Shown in pieces: positions 1 to 13,900 of a stretch of DNA of 64,000 bases; the stretch's first letter is position 1; each line of letters begins with the position of its first letter. The stretch is from the NCBI GenBank assembly GCA_964016885.1, contig OZ024742.1:290718001-290782000 (forward strand), read 5' to 3'. Origin of the DNA: Eledone cirrhosa. Lineage: Eukaryota. The translations under genes and the position numbers were made by a program. The notes beneath the pieces were generated by a model. It did not search any database, was not told the DNA's origin, and saw nothing but the letters and a program-made list of their open reading frames with translations.

Positions 1-560
1 AGGTTGGGATTACCGATCCTTCCAATCATTCCTTTCCATGTCGGGTGGTCTGTGCTAACATGTGCATTGAAGTCTCCCATTAGGATATATGACTTAGTCT
101 TAACTAGATCTTACGCTGCAATGACTTCATCAAGGAAGGATCTGTATTTGGACTCTTTGTTCAGTGCATAAACTTGCACCACCCACAAAACCCTATCTTT
201 CAGCCTAAGCTTCAAGAGTCAAATCCTCTCACCTAATGATGTCCAGTCTATAACACATTCTGACAGTCGGGGGGCTGTGAGTATTCCCACTTCTGCCTGT
301 GCAGTCATTTCTGGTGTCATATCTGAATAGTGGAGTTTCCATTCTCTATCCAAATCTTCAGTACCAGATCCACGGAACTTGTTGAGGAAACCCAAACTAT
401 ATATAGCTGGAAGCATCTAAACCCCTCCACTAGTTCCTGCTCCTTACCTGTAAGGATTGTGATGCTCCAGGTTCCAGTTGTCAAGGTTTGTTCCCTTCCA
501 AACCATCTTTGATGTCTCGAGATATGCAATTGCTATGCGTCTATCCCATGCCTCCCAGGA
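1..560 (-). mobile_element. RTE-like LINE endonuclease fragment (truncated by window start)
   Basis: Same sequence as 27550-28100; APE-domain residues. Confidence 0.75.
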
Positions 561-1500
561 CAGGCTGTAAGCTCATTACCAGTTTTTACAGCATGAAATA
601 GAGACTGCAATATATTTTTTGAACAGGTCCCTCTACTTAAGGCCCGAATGTGTCCCTTATTAATTCATGTGAAGGATAATATTGCAGTTTTGGTGGTTTT
701 ATTCCTGCCAGTCACCAATCTGGTACTTTCTCAGACCCATGAAGACTAGGCATTTTTAGAGGTGACATTTTCATAGCTACATCACTGGGTTGTGAAAGAT
801 TTCTTGGGAACTAAAGGTATCACCCATTACTTCATCTCCCTTAGTAATTCACCACTGTTGGTCCAGGGGTTGTTTACTTGTCCAGCAGGTGCTCACTTAT
901 ATCATAACTAACTAATATTACTGTTGGCCGTATCGCTATTCCCCACCTATGACCTGTTCTCTAGCAGAACAGCTCTGCCAAAAAGTATAAGAGTAACAAA
1001 TAAAAACCAAGAGAAATATTAATTTAAAACAATATTCATGGTTGAGTTAGAGCTAGTCTTTTAAATCTGTTTTTCCCTGTTTTGCATGGTTTGGACAGAG
1101 CCTGGAGCTTATCCCAGTTACTTGGGCATTAAACTAAGGGTACTTATGTTTAGCTAAATCAACTGGAACAGCATGAAATGAAGTGCCTTGCTGGTCTGAA
1201 CATTGAACCCAAGGTCTTTACATTCACAATAGAAATAATACATAATTAAAACATTTTATTGTAATTTATTGATAAATATAACAATTAATTTGAAATGTAG
1301 TCATCCCAATGCATGTGACTCTAATAATAGCTGACCACTGTAGATAATAGTTTAAAAAATTAGGTACAATACCCCTGGAGATGGAAAAAAGTGGACAGCG
1401 GTGCTTGCGAGGAATTAAACCCTAAACCAGGCAAGTGTATTATTCACTGTTATACCAATATGTCTCTGACCACTGACTGCTGTCTTTTAGAAGCATTTAA

Positions 1501-1721
1501 CCCTTTACTATTTACATTATTCTATATATACTATTGTATTTTCATGGTAAAGGCTTTACCTCACATAATTATCTCTCATAATATCGAATCTAAGAGATTT
1601 TGATATTATTTATGTTGAGAACAATACCTTAACATCAGTATGATCAACTGGTTACAATTGGCTTGAACTGAAAGATATGAGAGAATTTTGGCCAGATTTG
1701 GCTGGTTTAAATGCTAAAGGG
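1501..1721. mobile_element. piggyBac-derived MITE (221 bp); copies at 29050-29270 and 58310-58530
   Basis: TTAA|CCCTTTACTATTTA ... TTTAAATGCTAAAGGG|TTAA; ends resemble those of the piggyBac at 13932-20295. Confidence 0.75.
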
Positions 1722-1934
1722 TTAAACTTGAAGTGGTTGACTTGAAACATTGGGAACATTTTAAATATGAAATATTGTTCTATTTATAGTGATCAACTAC
1801 TATTTTAATCATCTGCATTGGGACAACTACATTTTAAATTTCAAACTTTGCCAATGTATCTTAAGTCAACCAGAAGATAACAATTAATGTTTCCATGGAA
1901 TTATAACATGAAAGTCTTTGGTTATTTCTAACAG

Positions 1935-1983
1935 GTATTTCAAGAATATTTCCAAGAAATACAGACAACTGAAACATCATCAG
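1935..1983 (+). CDS. Exon A, unit 1 (49 nt): last helix of macrodomain plus linker, VFQEYFQEIQTTETSS
   Basis: tttctaacag|GTATTT ... TCATCAG|gtaaac; phase 0-1; continues ...PTDSNLIE of exon F. Confidence 0.78.
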
Positions 1984-4900
1984 GTAAACACACAATATTT
2001 TATTCACAGATGTATAAATAACATTAAAAATTGTTCACAATTCTTTCAGAATGAAAATATAACAAATATAATAAATACAATTAACTATTGCTAGGAACCT
2101 CACAATGCACCAAAATATATGGTGAAAGCAAGAGAAAGAGGGGGGAAAAAGTAAAGAAAAGAGGGTGGGATATCTCTGATGACACTGCAGCTTTATGATT
2201 CTTCATCTCCTTGATTGCTTCTTTGACCCTATAACTATCAACCTCAATAGCTGGTCCTTCTTTTGGGTAAGTAAGGGGTAGTCTTTCCTCTTCCCATTAA
2301 TTCTCTACATTCATCAGTCTCTCATAGTAACATTTCCAGGCCTCTTTCTTTTGAACATTAGTGATGCTAAGTGCATGAGAGTAATTTTTAATACACTTTT
2401 CCCCAACTACATCCTGATTCACACTGACACACTGCCTTGTGATATGGTACACTTCTCGTCTCTGGTCCTCACATCGCAAGACATCGACAAACTTTCTTTT
2501 TTCAGCCTTTCTTTCAGCTCCGTATACCTGTCATCTATCTTCTCCCTTACCTACCTGGTACCGGTCTCTGCTATCCCCATTTTTCCAGTATTTCCATGCC
2601 TGTTTCTTGGCTTTAATGGCTCTATCCACTGTGCTTTTCCACCACCAGGTCACCCTCTGTCTAGCTGGTGGAAAGGTTGTCACGCAAGATATCTGATTGT
2701 TGTCTATGTTATATGTATCTGGCTTGTCAATCCTCTCATCGAATGCATCTCATAGGGCCTTTCCAAACCTGCCATGTAATTTTGCATGCAGGCATCACAT
2801 AGTCATCCCATCACTCTGAAAGAGCAGCCATTTATTGCCAGCAATGGCAGCAACTACCTGAACTTCTTCCAGCCTGTTCTTACTTTGGCTATAAAACTTT
2901 CAGAGCATCCACCTACACTACTAATGTGATCTCCTAGATAGCATAAGCTGTCTATCATTTCCAGCAAACCTTCTGAACATCTAATAGGGTTTATCTCTTG
3001 AGTATTCTTACTGTTAACTATTCCTACACATCTACCACTCACAAAGCCTGACCTTCCCATCAGTCTATCGGTGGTTCCACTACCTCTCGTAGGTGTCCAG
3101 TTTACACTGGATACAAAGTATGGAATTACTACTCCACCTCCCTTTTCTACACATTGAGCATGGTCATTCCCTGATAGTAGCAAAGACTTATCTCTTTTTC
3201 TTACTAAAACTTCAGTCTTTGAGGTCATTTGATTCCAGATTTTGCTTCTATGTCTGGAACTTCCTTTCTAGTTCTTCTATCATTTCAGCTATGATGGCAC
3301 AGAGGAGCTACCATGCACAACCAGTGTTGAATACCTCTGTTATAGCTTGTAGGACTATAATAAACAAGAGGGAACTGATGACTGGGCCTTGGCAAGCCCT
3401 GTTTATGTTATCATAATTTTATGTAAGACTCTTTGTTAATTCCAAATACCAGTTAAATAATGAGAAAATTAGTTGTATTACTAAATTGCATTATTTTCAA
3501 GTGGATTGGCAATATCGGTAGAGGGTCGGACACCATGCTTTGACGCATAGTTACGGCCCTTGCCATTCTGTGTTCAAATCCCGCCAAGGTTAACTTTTCC
3601 TTTCATCCTTACGGGGGTTGATAAAATAAAGTACCAGTAATCATCATCATCATCATCATCATCATCAGGTTTAGCGTCCGTGTTCCACGCTTGCATGGGT
3701 TTGGACGGGGGTTTTCCCACTTGAGGCAAGAGTGGTTGTCTTGCTCGCATAGGAATGTCTGGCGGGTTTTCTACAGTTGGATGCCCTTCCTAACACCAAC
3801 CACATTTACAGTGTGGGGCTGGGAGGTTTTTACCGTGTTGCCTACACGGCCACATTTACAGCGTGGACTGTGTGTTTTTTTGTCGTGACACCTACACGAT
3901 CTCATTTGTTTCGGCCTGGATGTTGTGGGACCAACATAACTGTACATTGAAAGGGGCGGTGTGGATGGGGTGGAGGTGGTGGGACGGGGGGGGGGGGGGG
4001 GGTGTTTTGATAGAGATGCCTACTGACTGTAGTAGGTTTTTACTTTGTATTTAGGTAAGGCGGGTCTTCTCTATTACTGAGTACCGCCAAAGGTCTCGGT
4101 CCAGTGACATTGTCTTGGAGAGGTGTAAGCGTGTGAGGTCGGAATTTATCAGCTCGTCCCATGTTTTTCTGGGTCTGCCTACTCCGTGGCTACCGTCTAT
4201 CTTTATTGCCCTGCACTTTGTTATACAGCTGTCGTCTTTCATGCGCATCACGTGACCGTACCAACGTGATGTACTGGGTAATTGCTGGCCTTGTGCCAAT
4301 AATAGAAACAATTATTTTTAAATGGCAGTGGATTGGCAGTATCGGTAGAGCATCAGACACCATGCTTTGCAACATAGAGTTATGGCACTTTACCCCCTGA
4401 GTTCAAATCTGACCGAGGTTAACTTTGCCTTTCATTGTTACGGGGTCGATAAAATAAAGCACCAGTAATGCACTGGGGTAACTGCTGGCCTTGTGCCAAA
4501 AGTAGAAACAATTATTTTCAAATGATTTGAAAACTATAAACTGTGTCTTTCATTAGAAATATGATAAAAAAAAGGTTAATAATGAATGAGAGGAGAGATG
4601 AGTAAGTCTGGAGAGCCCAAGTTAAGGTAGTGCAAGATCATCCACATTCACAGAACATAAGCCATTGTATTAATGGTAACTTACAGGAATAGGAGCATAT
4701 TTGTAAATAACTCTACACCAATTAATTGAGTGACTTGGTCTAGAAAGTTTACATGTCCCAGATGTAAGAGCAGTACTCCATTGTGGGTTTCTTTCACCTG
4801 AACTTTCTAAAGGGTCAGCAATTGATGAGAGAGTTGTAGTATTTTCTGGTCATGGGGAGCTAGTGTTTAGGGTGCAGTCCTTGCTATGTTAAGGATGCAT

Positions 4901-7900
4901 ATTTGCCATAAGAGATCCTCAGAGATTGCTAGGTTGAGCATTTGGAGCAATTGCAACGCCCTAATTGTGTGATGCTTATAAAAGGGGTGGGAGAAGTATG
5001 ATAATGTTTTCTTGATTTGAGCAGAGTTTGGGTTATTTTGGCTGTTGAAAGAGACATGCTTGTCATTGCTTCATTGGAGGATGGTTTTGAGGTCTCTTTC
5101 ATGGAGTCATTACAGACTTGGTGTGAGACAGTCAACAATTAGTTGAGAAAGGTTATGGAAGAATGAAGGGTTGTTACATTTGCATAAGAATGGGCATTGT
5201 TGAATGTGAAGTAAAGTAGATAATTGGTGTATAGAAAGAAAAGGAGGATGCAAAACTGCATGCAGGGGAACACCAAAGTTAGTTATAGTCTATAAACATA
5301 TTAAAATGTATTTCATTGTGAACTGACGTGGCATCATAATCATCATTTCATGTCTGATCTTCTGTGCTGGCATGGGTTGGATAGGTTGTTACAGACCAAA
5401 TCAGAACTTAATCAGGGTTACTAGTCTTCCAGACAAGTCAAGGGACTATGCCTCCTTTAAATATGTTCCACATTTGACATGGCTTCCAATGCTCTTTACA
5501 CAGGATACTGGGTACATTTTATTGTGGCACCACTGCTAAAGATGTTGTTGCATCCTTCATGTGATTAAGAAGGTCTTCTGAGCCTGTTTTTAGCACAGCC
5601 ACAAAAGCTGGCTGCACTTCCTATCACTAACCACTTCACAGAGTATATTGGGTGCATTTTATTGTGGCACCACTGTTGCATAGGTTATTATATCCATGGC
5701 ATGATTGAACAGTCTTCTCAATCCTTTTTTTGGCATGATTTCTATTGTTGAATGTTCTTCTTTAATGCCAACCATGTTACAGAGTGCATTGGGTTCATTT
5801 TATCATGGCACCAGCACTAAAGAGGTTATCATGTCATTAATGTGACTGAAGCTTCCTCTCTACCCTTTTTGACAAGATTTATGACTGGATTACCATTCTA
5901 AACCTAATTAGTTTAAAAAATTGACACATGTACAATTAATGCTTTGATACTAGCCTACTCAAAACCATCTCTGTTTCTATGAAACAAAAGCACCCATTTT
6001 GAAACATTCCTATTTATATTAAAATCGTCCAACATAATTTCATATAACTACTATATGTTAAGTTACTATCTTAGTAATGAAATTATTTATAATTTTAGTA
6101 AATCTATCCAAATTCTTAATTAAATAATTGAAATACATAGTTCATATTTAAATTAGTATCTTCTAACATAATTTTATATAAGAACCATATGTTAAGTTAC
6201 TATTTTGTTAATGAAATAACAATTTTACTAAATCCCTCAAAATTTCCATTAATTGGAATACAGTAATATTGTTACAAATGGGTTAATATCTTGTCTAGGT
6301 ACAGTAACATAAGAAAGCATCTGTTAGTTATATGACTATTTTTCTTTGACAAAATGAGTATTTCTTTTATTTCAGAGAGTGATGCATCAGAGGACAATAC
6401 AGTTACTGACGTCCATGAAAAAGACATGAGTGTCTCAGTGAAATTCATTTCAAAATATCAAAATCTTGACATAGCTGTAAAAACTGTTAAAGAAGAATAT
6501 ATCTCCATGTTATTGGATGAGGTGATGCCATTAGACTTTGAGTTAACAGAAGCTCAAGTAAGTTTGTCAAGAATGTTACATGTTTATTATTATCATCATG
6601 ACTGTGGATTGGTAGTATTGGTGGAGGGTCGGACGCCATGCTTTCCAGCATAGTTACGTCCCTTTACGATCTGAGTTCAAATCCCGCCGAGGTTGACTTT
6701 GCCTTTCATCCTTACGGGGTCGATAAAATAAAGTACCAGTAATGCACTGGGTACTTGCTGGCCTTGTGCCTAAAGTAGAAACAATTATTATCATCATGAC
6801 TAGGATGGTGGATTGGCAGTATCGGTAGAGCATTGGACATTCTGCTTTGTGGCACAGGGTTACAACCCTTTACGTTCTGAGTTCAAATCCAGCTTAGGTT
6901 TCTTCCTTACGAGATCGATAAAAGAAAGTACCAGTAACACACTGCGGGTCGATTTAATCTACTTTTCCCTCCCCCCAAAATTTGCTGGCATTGTGCCTGG
7001 ATTGGCAGTATCGGTAGAGGGTCTGACGCCATGCTTTGCAGCAAAGAGTTACGGCCCTTGCCATTCTGAGATCAAATCCCGCTGAGGTTAACTTTGCCTT
7101 TCAATCTTACGGGATCGATAACATAAAGTATTAGTAATACACTGGGATATTGCTGGCCTTGTGCCAAAAGCAGAAACAATTATTGGTGGATTGATGGGGA
7201 TGATGATGGTGCTGGTAATACTGATAATTATATTGGTGATGATAATGAGGTGCTTTATAAGAAATTGTTTTCTTTTATTAATTTTTTCAGAAGAAGGAAG
7301 TCAGAAACATTAATGGCAAGGACAAAGTCAACATAAATATTGGTTCAAGTATTAATATTCATGGCAGATTGCCTTGTGTAAAAGATGCCAAAATCAATAT
7401 TCAATCCCTATTAACGAAATTCAAAAAACAGGAAGAGGAATCATACATTAAAAACATGGTGCAGTGGTACTATTACAGTAGTGAAACACCTGAAAGAATG
7501 TTTGATGAAGAAGAAAATGCTGTGTTAGAGAAAGCTTTCTCACAGAAAAAAAAAACATACACATGGAGAAATATTGAATATGATATTAAGAATCTATGTT
7601 TTGTAAAGAATGGATTGCAATTTCAACTGAAGAGAACAGAAATAGGAAAAGGTGGTAAGGATGTCTTTTTATCATTATAGTCATCATCATCATTAACAAT
7701 CATCATTTTATGTCTACCTTTAGGGTGGTGGATTGGCATTATTAGTAGAGCATTGGACAACATGCTTTGCAGCATATAGTGATGCCTCTTTGTATTGAGT
7801 TCAAGTCCTACCAAGGTGAACTTTCCCTTTCATCCTTATGGGGTCGATAAAATAAAGTACCAGTAATGCACGGGTGAATTTATTCAACTTTCCTTTCTCC

Positions 7901-10900
7901 AAAAATGGTTGATCTTGTGCTTAAATCAGAAACTATTTTATGTCTACCTTTCCATGTTTGCATGGGTTAGATGAATTTGTTCCACCACAGTTTCCTCCAC
8001 TTGTGTCTTTCTTTCATTTCCTCTCTGAGGTTCAACATTTTGACATCAACTATTTACTATCCGGGTGACCATACTATGTCCCACCATTCCAAATGCTTTC
8101 AACATTTCAGCATCTATCTCCAAAGGTCCAGCTGCCTTGTCCGTCTTCATATCTTTGATTGCCTTACTTATTATACTACCATTAACTTGCACAGCTGGTC
8201 CCTCTACTGGATCAATTTGGGGCAGACCATCTTTTTTGCATTCATTCTCTTCATTTAGTAGTCTCTCATAGAGACATTTCCAAGCTACCTTCTTATCAGT
8301 GTAAGTGAGGGCAAGTAAACTATCATCATTACGGACACACTTCTCCCCGACAATATCACAGTTTTCCTTGACTCATTATTTCGCAATCCTGAACACCTCA
8401 CGTTTCTGGTCCTCGTGTTGTAGAACATGCTTGAACTTTCTATCCTCTGCTTCCCTTCTTGCAATGTACACTTGTCGCCGAGCTTCTCTCCTAACCATCT
8501 GATAGTGTTCTCTACTTCCCCACATCCCACCATTCTTTCCAAGCTTGCTTTTTGGCCTTGATTGTCTCCTCCACTTTACTGTTCCACTACCATGTTACTC
8601 TTCTGCCTAAAGGTTTGCTCCAGCCACAGATTTTTCTCTGTCGCCTTCAGCAGATTAACTTTCAGGAATAACCCACTCTTTCTCTATATTGTACATCTCT
8701 AATTACTCTTCCTTACTGTCAAAAGCATCAAATAATATGCTTTTAAATTTGTTACTGGCTGTGGGGTCCTTCAACTTCCATATTTTTCTCCTCGAGGTAG
8801 ACTTCTGTCATCGAGTACGCCTAGTCCTGACTATGAGGCCACTAACTATTAGGCTATGTTGGGAAGTGCATTCTTCATGAAGGAGGGACTTAGTGTTTAC
8901 AACAGACACTCTGTTTCATCTTCTAGGAAGAGTAAAATCTATCTGGCTGGCGTGTTCCCCTGATCTATAGGTAATCAAGTGATTGTCTCGTTTTATTAAA
9001 TTTGTGTTACAGATAGTTAGATTATTAGCATCACAGAATTCCAGGATCCTAAAGTCTTCGTCATTTCTAGTACCAAACCCATAGCCTCCATGGATTCCGT
9101 CATAGCCATCACAATGTCGCCCAACATGACCATTAAAGTCACCAGCAATAATTATGTAGTTATTGTTGGTTATTGAGAGGTAGTGAGCATTAGCGACTCA
9201 TAGAACCTGTCTTTTATAATGTCAAGTAGACCAGATTGGGGTGCATAAGCGGATATTATTGACACAGTTGTTCTATTTAAAACTAGTCTTATTTTAATTA
9301 TTCTGTCATTCACTCTATGGCAATTACCTTATCTACCCAGTTTTCTACTAATTCCTACTCCACCCAGCCCGTTGTCACATCCCATCTAGAAAAGTTTAAA
9401 GCATCGTTTTTTGCCCACAACAAATCTAGCAGACCCACCCCTCCACCTGGTCTCTTGAACACAACAAACATCAACTTCCTTACATTCAAACATCTCTACA
9501 ACCTCATTTGAGTGACCTTTAACCTGTATGCCTACATTCATGTTACCAACTCTGAAGTTTTGGAGTTCGCTGGGAGAGAGGAAGGGATGAGATGGGGGCA
9601 CAGTGAGGGGTGTGGGAGACAGAATTGTGTTGGTTTTGGTCTTCCATGTCTGAAATAAAGAGGAGTGCTTGCATGCTCGTCCAGAGATGGAAGGTGAATT
9701 TATCTTTGTCATTGTCATTGCTCAGACTCTCCATCTCTGAAGTCCATTTATCATACCGAACAACAACCAGGTTTAAGGAGTATTTTAAAGCTTTGCGATA
9801 GAGATTTTATGTTAGAAACCTTACTATAAACCACTGGGCTTTGATTGGACCAAATAACTATGGTGGTGAATGGGGGTGGGTGGGAGGAAAATGGGTAACT
9901 TTTGGAGATGCTTTTCAAAAGTGTGAGAGATAAAAAAATAATTGTTTCTACTTTAGGCACAAGGCCAGCAATTACCCAGTGCATTACTAGTACTTTATTT
10001 TATCGACCCCGTAAGGATGAAAGGCAAAGTCAACCTCGGCAGGATTTGAACTCAGATCGTAAAGGGCCTTAACTATGCTGGAAAGCATGGCGTCCGACCC
10101 TCTACTGATACTGCCAATCCACCACCCTAAAAAATAATAACAATAAGTATGGACAAAACAAAATTCCGAGAGAGAAAAGTTAATGCTAGAACAATCTATA
10201 CAAACAAAAATGACCAAGTATACTTAGTAAGTATACTTTTCAAATGTGTCTTTTTTTTTCAAAATCGCCCACCACTTAGATAAGCCATAAGACTTTTATT
10301 TTCTCATCCCTTAGCTTAATGGTAAAAACAGTCAACCAGAATTCAATAGATTCAGGTTTGTTTCTTCATAGTAGCTGCTGGACACGTTTTGAAACTAATT
10401 AAGAATTTAGAGTGATTTAGTAATATAAATAACTTTCTCATTATTAAGTTGATGTTTGGAACATACCTTTACATAGGTACATAAAATTCTGATGGAAGCT
10501 CCAATTAACCCTTTTGATATGAACTTTCCCCAGGTTCTCTGATATAAAACTATTTATTTTAAAGTATATTTAGCTTCCATCATAATTTTATGCAAGAACC
10601 TATCAAAGAACATCGGATTTATATGTGGTTGATGCACAGGTAAATAAGTAGCAAGAGCTCGCAAGATACTAGCTCCTTTAAATGTCCAGTGGACTCTGTA
10701 GAAGTAGTGGATAGTTTCTGATAACTGGGTGATTAAATTACAGTAGCCACCACTGCTCACAAAAGTGTTTTCTCTCAAAAGCTTGCATGCTCCAATGGAT
10801 GTGTAATAGTAATATACATGAACGGCAAAATGTAAATGAACTGATGGAGAAACTAGGCATAAAAGGGATTGGATCCAGTGTGCAGGAGACAAGATTGCAG

Positions 10901-13900
10901 TGGTATGGACATGTGATGGTATGAAGGATGACAGCTGTATAAAAAAGTGGGGGCACTTAAAGTTAATGGAATCTATGGAGTAGGAAGACCTATGAAAGCT
11001 TGGGATGAGGTGATAAAAACTAACCTCATACAATTGCACCTCTTTAAGACAATGAGACAGGATAATGATCTCTGGTATAATGCAATACTACAGAAGACCT
11101 ACCTTCCCATGTGCAAGGGACGAAGCAATGTCTAGTGGTCTTTAGTATGCACATCTCCCTCCCTCCCCTTGCATAATCCTACTTCATTAGAAATATAGTA
11201 ACAAAAGGTTTAAATTCTGACTTTGATTGTGACAACCAATCCAAACGTTGCTAGCAGTTAAAAAGGACATTGAATGATCATAATGATATATATATATATG
11301 TGTGTGTGTGTGTGTATAAATTATTGTTTTTATGTCTGCTTTATGATATTGAAAATGAAAAAAAGCATGTAATGCCCAATGCTTGGCCCAAGGCTATGGT
11401 AAATGATACTTGCTCAAGATGTCATGCAGTGAGATTTATCCTGAGACCTAATGATTTCAAATCAAACTATTTAACCATATGGTCATGCTGTATCAACATG
11501 CAACCATATAATGGCTCTGTCATTGGCCTTGTAATATATTTTATTAGCCATTCTTACCATATGATACTGTTTAGAAACTGATAAAATTACCAGTTTTTGT
11601 TTGACCATAGAATCATTACTATCAAGTTTATGGGACAAACACCTGCTGATGACTATGTGTGAGTCCTATTTGCTTATGTAGTTACTGTGGATGTGCCGTT
11701 ATATATAACCACATGTATAGTTGGTGTGTATTAAAAACTACTATGGACCAGGTAAACATGTTTCTTTTTTCCCTGGGTATTTGTTAATGACTCCTGCAGG
11801 AGGTTCACATGTCTATGCTATTTGTTCGTGTTCCTTTCTAATTTGAATAATGAATTGCCACTCAAAAACAATGAATTTATTTCCTGTACGATTTAGTATT
11901 GATATTTGTCTGTCTATCTCTATTGATCTGTCTATCTATATTGATTTGTCTGTCTGTCCACCCATTGGTTGATTAATAGATAGATAGATGCATAGATATA
12001 TTTCTTTATTTGCCACAAGGGCGCACAAGAAAAGGGGACAATACAAAGACACATGCCGGGGATTTTACATACAGTCGTGTAAAAACAAAACAAAAACAAA
12101 CAAACAATTATAACAATCGAAATCCCCAATAGAGGGGAGACGCCACAAATGGGTTGTTTAATACCCTGTTGATAGAACAACCCTCAACTTCAGGAGCGTG
12201 TTGTGCAAGTGCTCCTTTCTTCCTTTTGCTCTCTTCTTTAACCTACAGGCTTATAAACAGAGAAGGCCCAATCACTCGGGCCATTTTCGCTTCATTCACC
12301 CACCTTTCAGTAAATTTATTCGGGTGCAGTGCCTCTCTCTCCACTCTGATTCTTCTTCTTCTAAAGTGATACTTAAAGAAGGCAATCAATTGTTGTCCAG
12401 AGAGAAAGGCATCTGTCCTCAGTCCTCTCAATCTCTTCCACCATATAACCTCTTTCACCATAGTCACTGTACAGAGGAAAACCGCCTCTCTTTCGTTTTT
12501 GAAAGAGGCTGGCGGTTTGATCCTTACTATGGCTGTCAACTGGATTTGTCCCATACGCAACAGCAGTTGTTTTGCATAGTTCCACAGGTTGCTTACGCCC
12601 GGGCCGTGTACAATTGCGTGCAAGATGGTTTCAATGTCCTGCTCGCATCTTTAACACGTCCTCTTGGAAGGATCCCTGCCGGGGTGTCCGTGCCTGTAGA
12701 TCTTATCTCGAACGGGTAGAACTCCTCGGTAGCACTGCCAGGCCAGGGACCTCTGGAAGTTGTCCATAGGTCCCGGGCGGAAAGTCCTACCGAACAGACT
12801 GGTGAGCTCGTCGTCTTCGAAGCCTAGAGTCTCCCCGAGCACGTCGTCGCACTTGTAAAGTACTAACCCTTTATAGAATGTCGAAGTGGAGTCTCCACTG
12901 ATTGCTGTGCCCGCTAGACAGAGGACTGTAATCGCCTGGGCGCATTCAATGTGCCAGGCGCCCAACTTCTTTGATCATCACTTGACCCAGGACTGCAGCT
13001 CCGTCAGTGAGACAAGTTGTGGGAAGGCCTGTCTCACAAACGGTGCCCACACCGGTTGGTCGGTGAGGTATACCTGGAGATGCCGTAGCTTCAGCGCATG
13101 TTTGCGCATCATTAGCCACGGCATGCCCAGCCCTCCGTTGGAAGGGTGTTGACAACAGACGGATCTCCTCAGCAGTGGAGCCTGCTTCTTCCACAGGAGC
13201 TGGAAGAGCATCCGTTCCATCTTGGTGAGGTATTCACGGAGACAAGGCACGACATTCAAGCGGAAGTAGATGACGGACGTTATTAAAGAGTTCACCACCT
13301 CCGCTCGACCTTTCAAAGACAGTTTGCACTCTGCCCACTTCTGGGTGAGCGCAAATACCTTGGCCATGACCTCGTTCCAGTAGATAGATAGATAGATGGA
13401 TAGACAGATAATGTACACACACGCTCACACACAGATAATGTACACACTTGCACACACACACACACACATACATACATAATACTATTCTGCTATGTCAGTA
13501 CCAGCCTTGTAAAATAGTATTTTTGTGTTTATTTTCAGGAGGGACTCCATCAAAGACAACTGTTCCTGATTCTCAAAAAAAACATTTGCCTCCTAGCACC
13601 AATCTGGTATATTCAAAAAATATTGATATCAAAATAATGCTTGATTTAATTTCGAATGTCTCTGTGAGTAAACAATTTTATATCAAATATTTAAATTTAC
13701 TTATTCTATTTCAAATAATAAACTATTTATGTTGACTGAAACAGTAAAATGCAACCTCTAAATTTTCTTCATATAACACTGTCAATCTTTTTAACCATTT
13801 TTCTACCAAACCAGCTGAAACTAACCCTGGTTGTATGATACAAAACTATTGGTTTTTCAAGCAATTATATTTATCTAAAAACCTTCCACCATATTTTATG

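Noticed and set aside
1364-1430. Possible extra exon VQYPWRWKKVDSGACEELNPKP
   Set aside because: Poor polypyrimidine tract, GC donor, and its phase-1 end would break the frame into exon A; no recognisable domain
5480-5900. Three degenerate ~130-bp repeats
   Set aside because: Decayed tandem copies of a SINE/RTE tail segment also seen elsewhere in the window; no coding signal
6604-6790. tRNA genes suggested by A-box/B-box motifs
   Set aside because: Motifs belong to SINE heads followed by a shared core and tail; no convincing cloverleaf
10216-10238. AAGTATACTT-AGT-AAGTATACTT double palindrome
   Set aside because: Short and AT-rich with no associated element ends; probably a small local duplication
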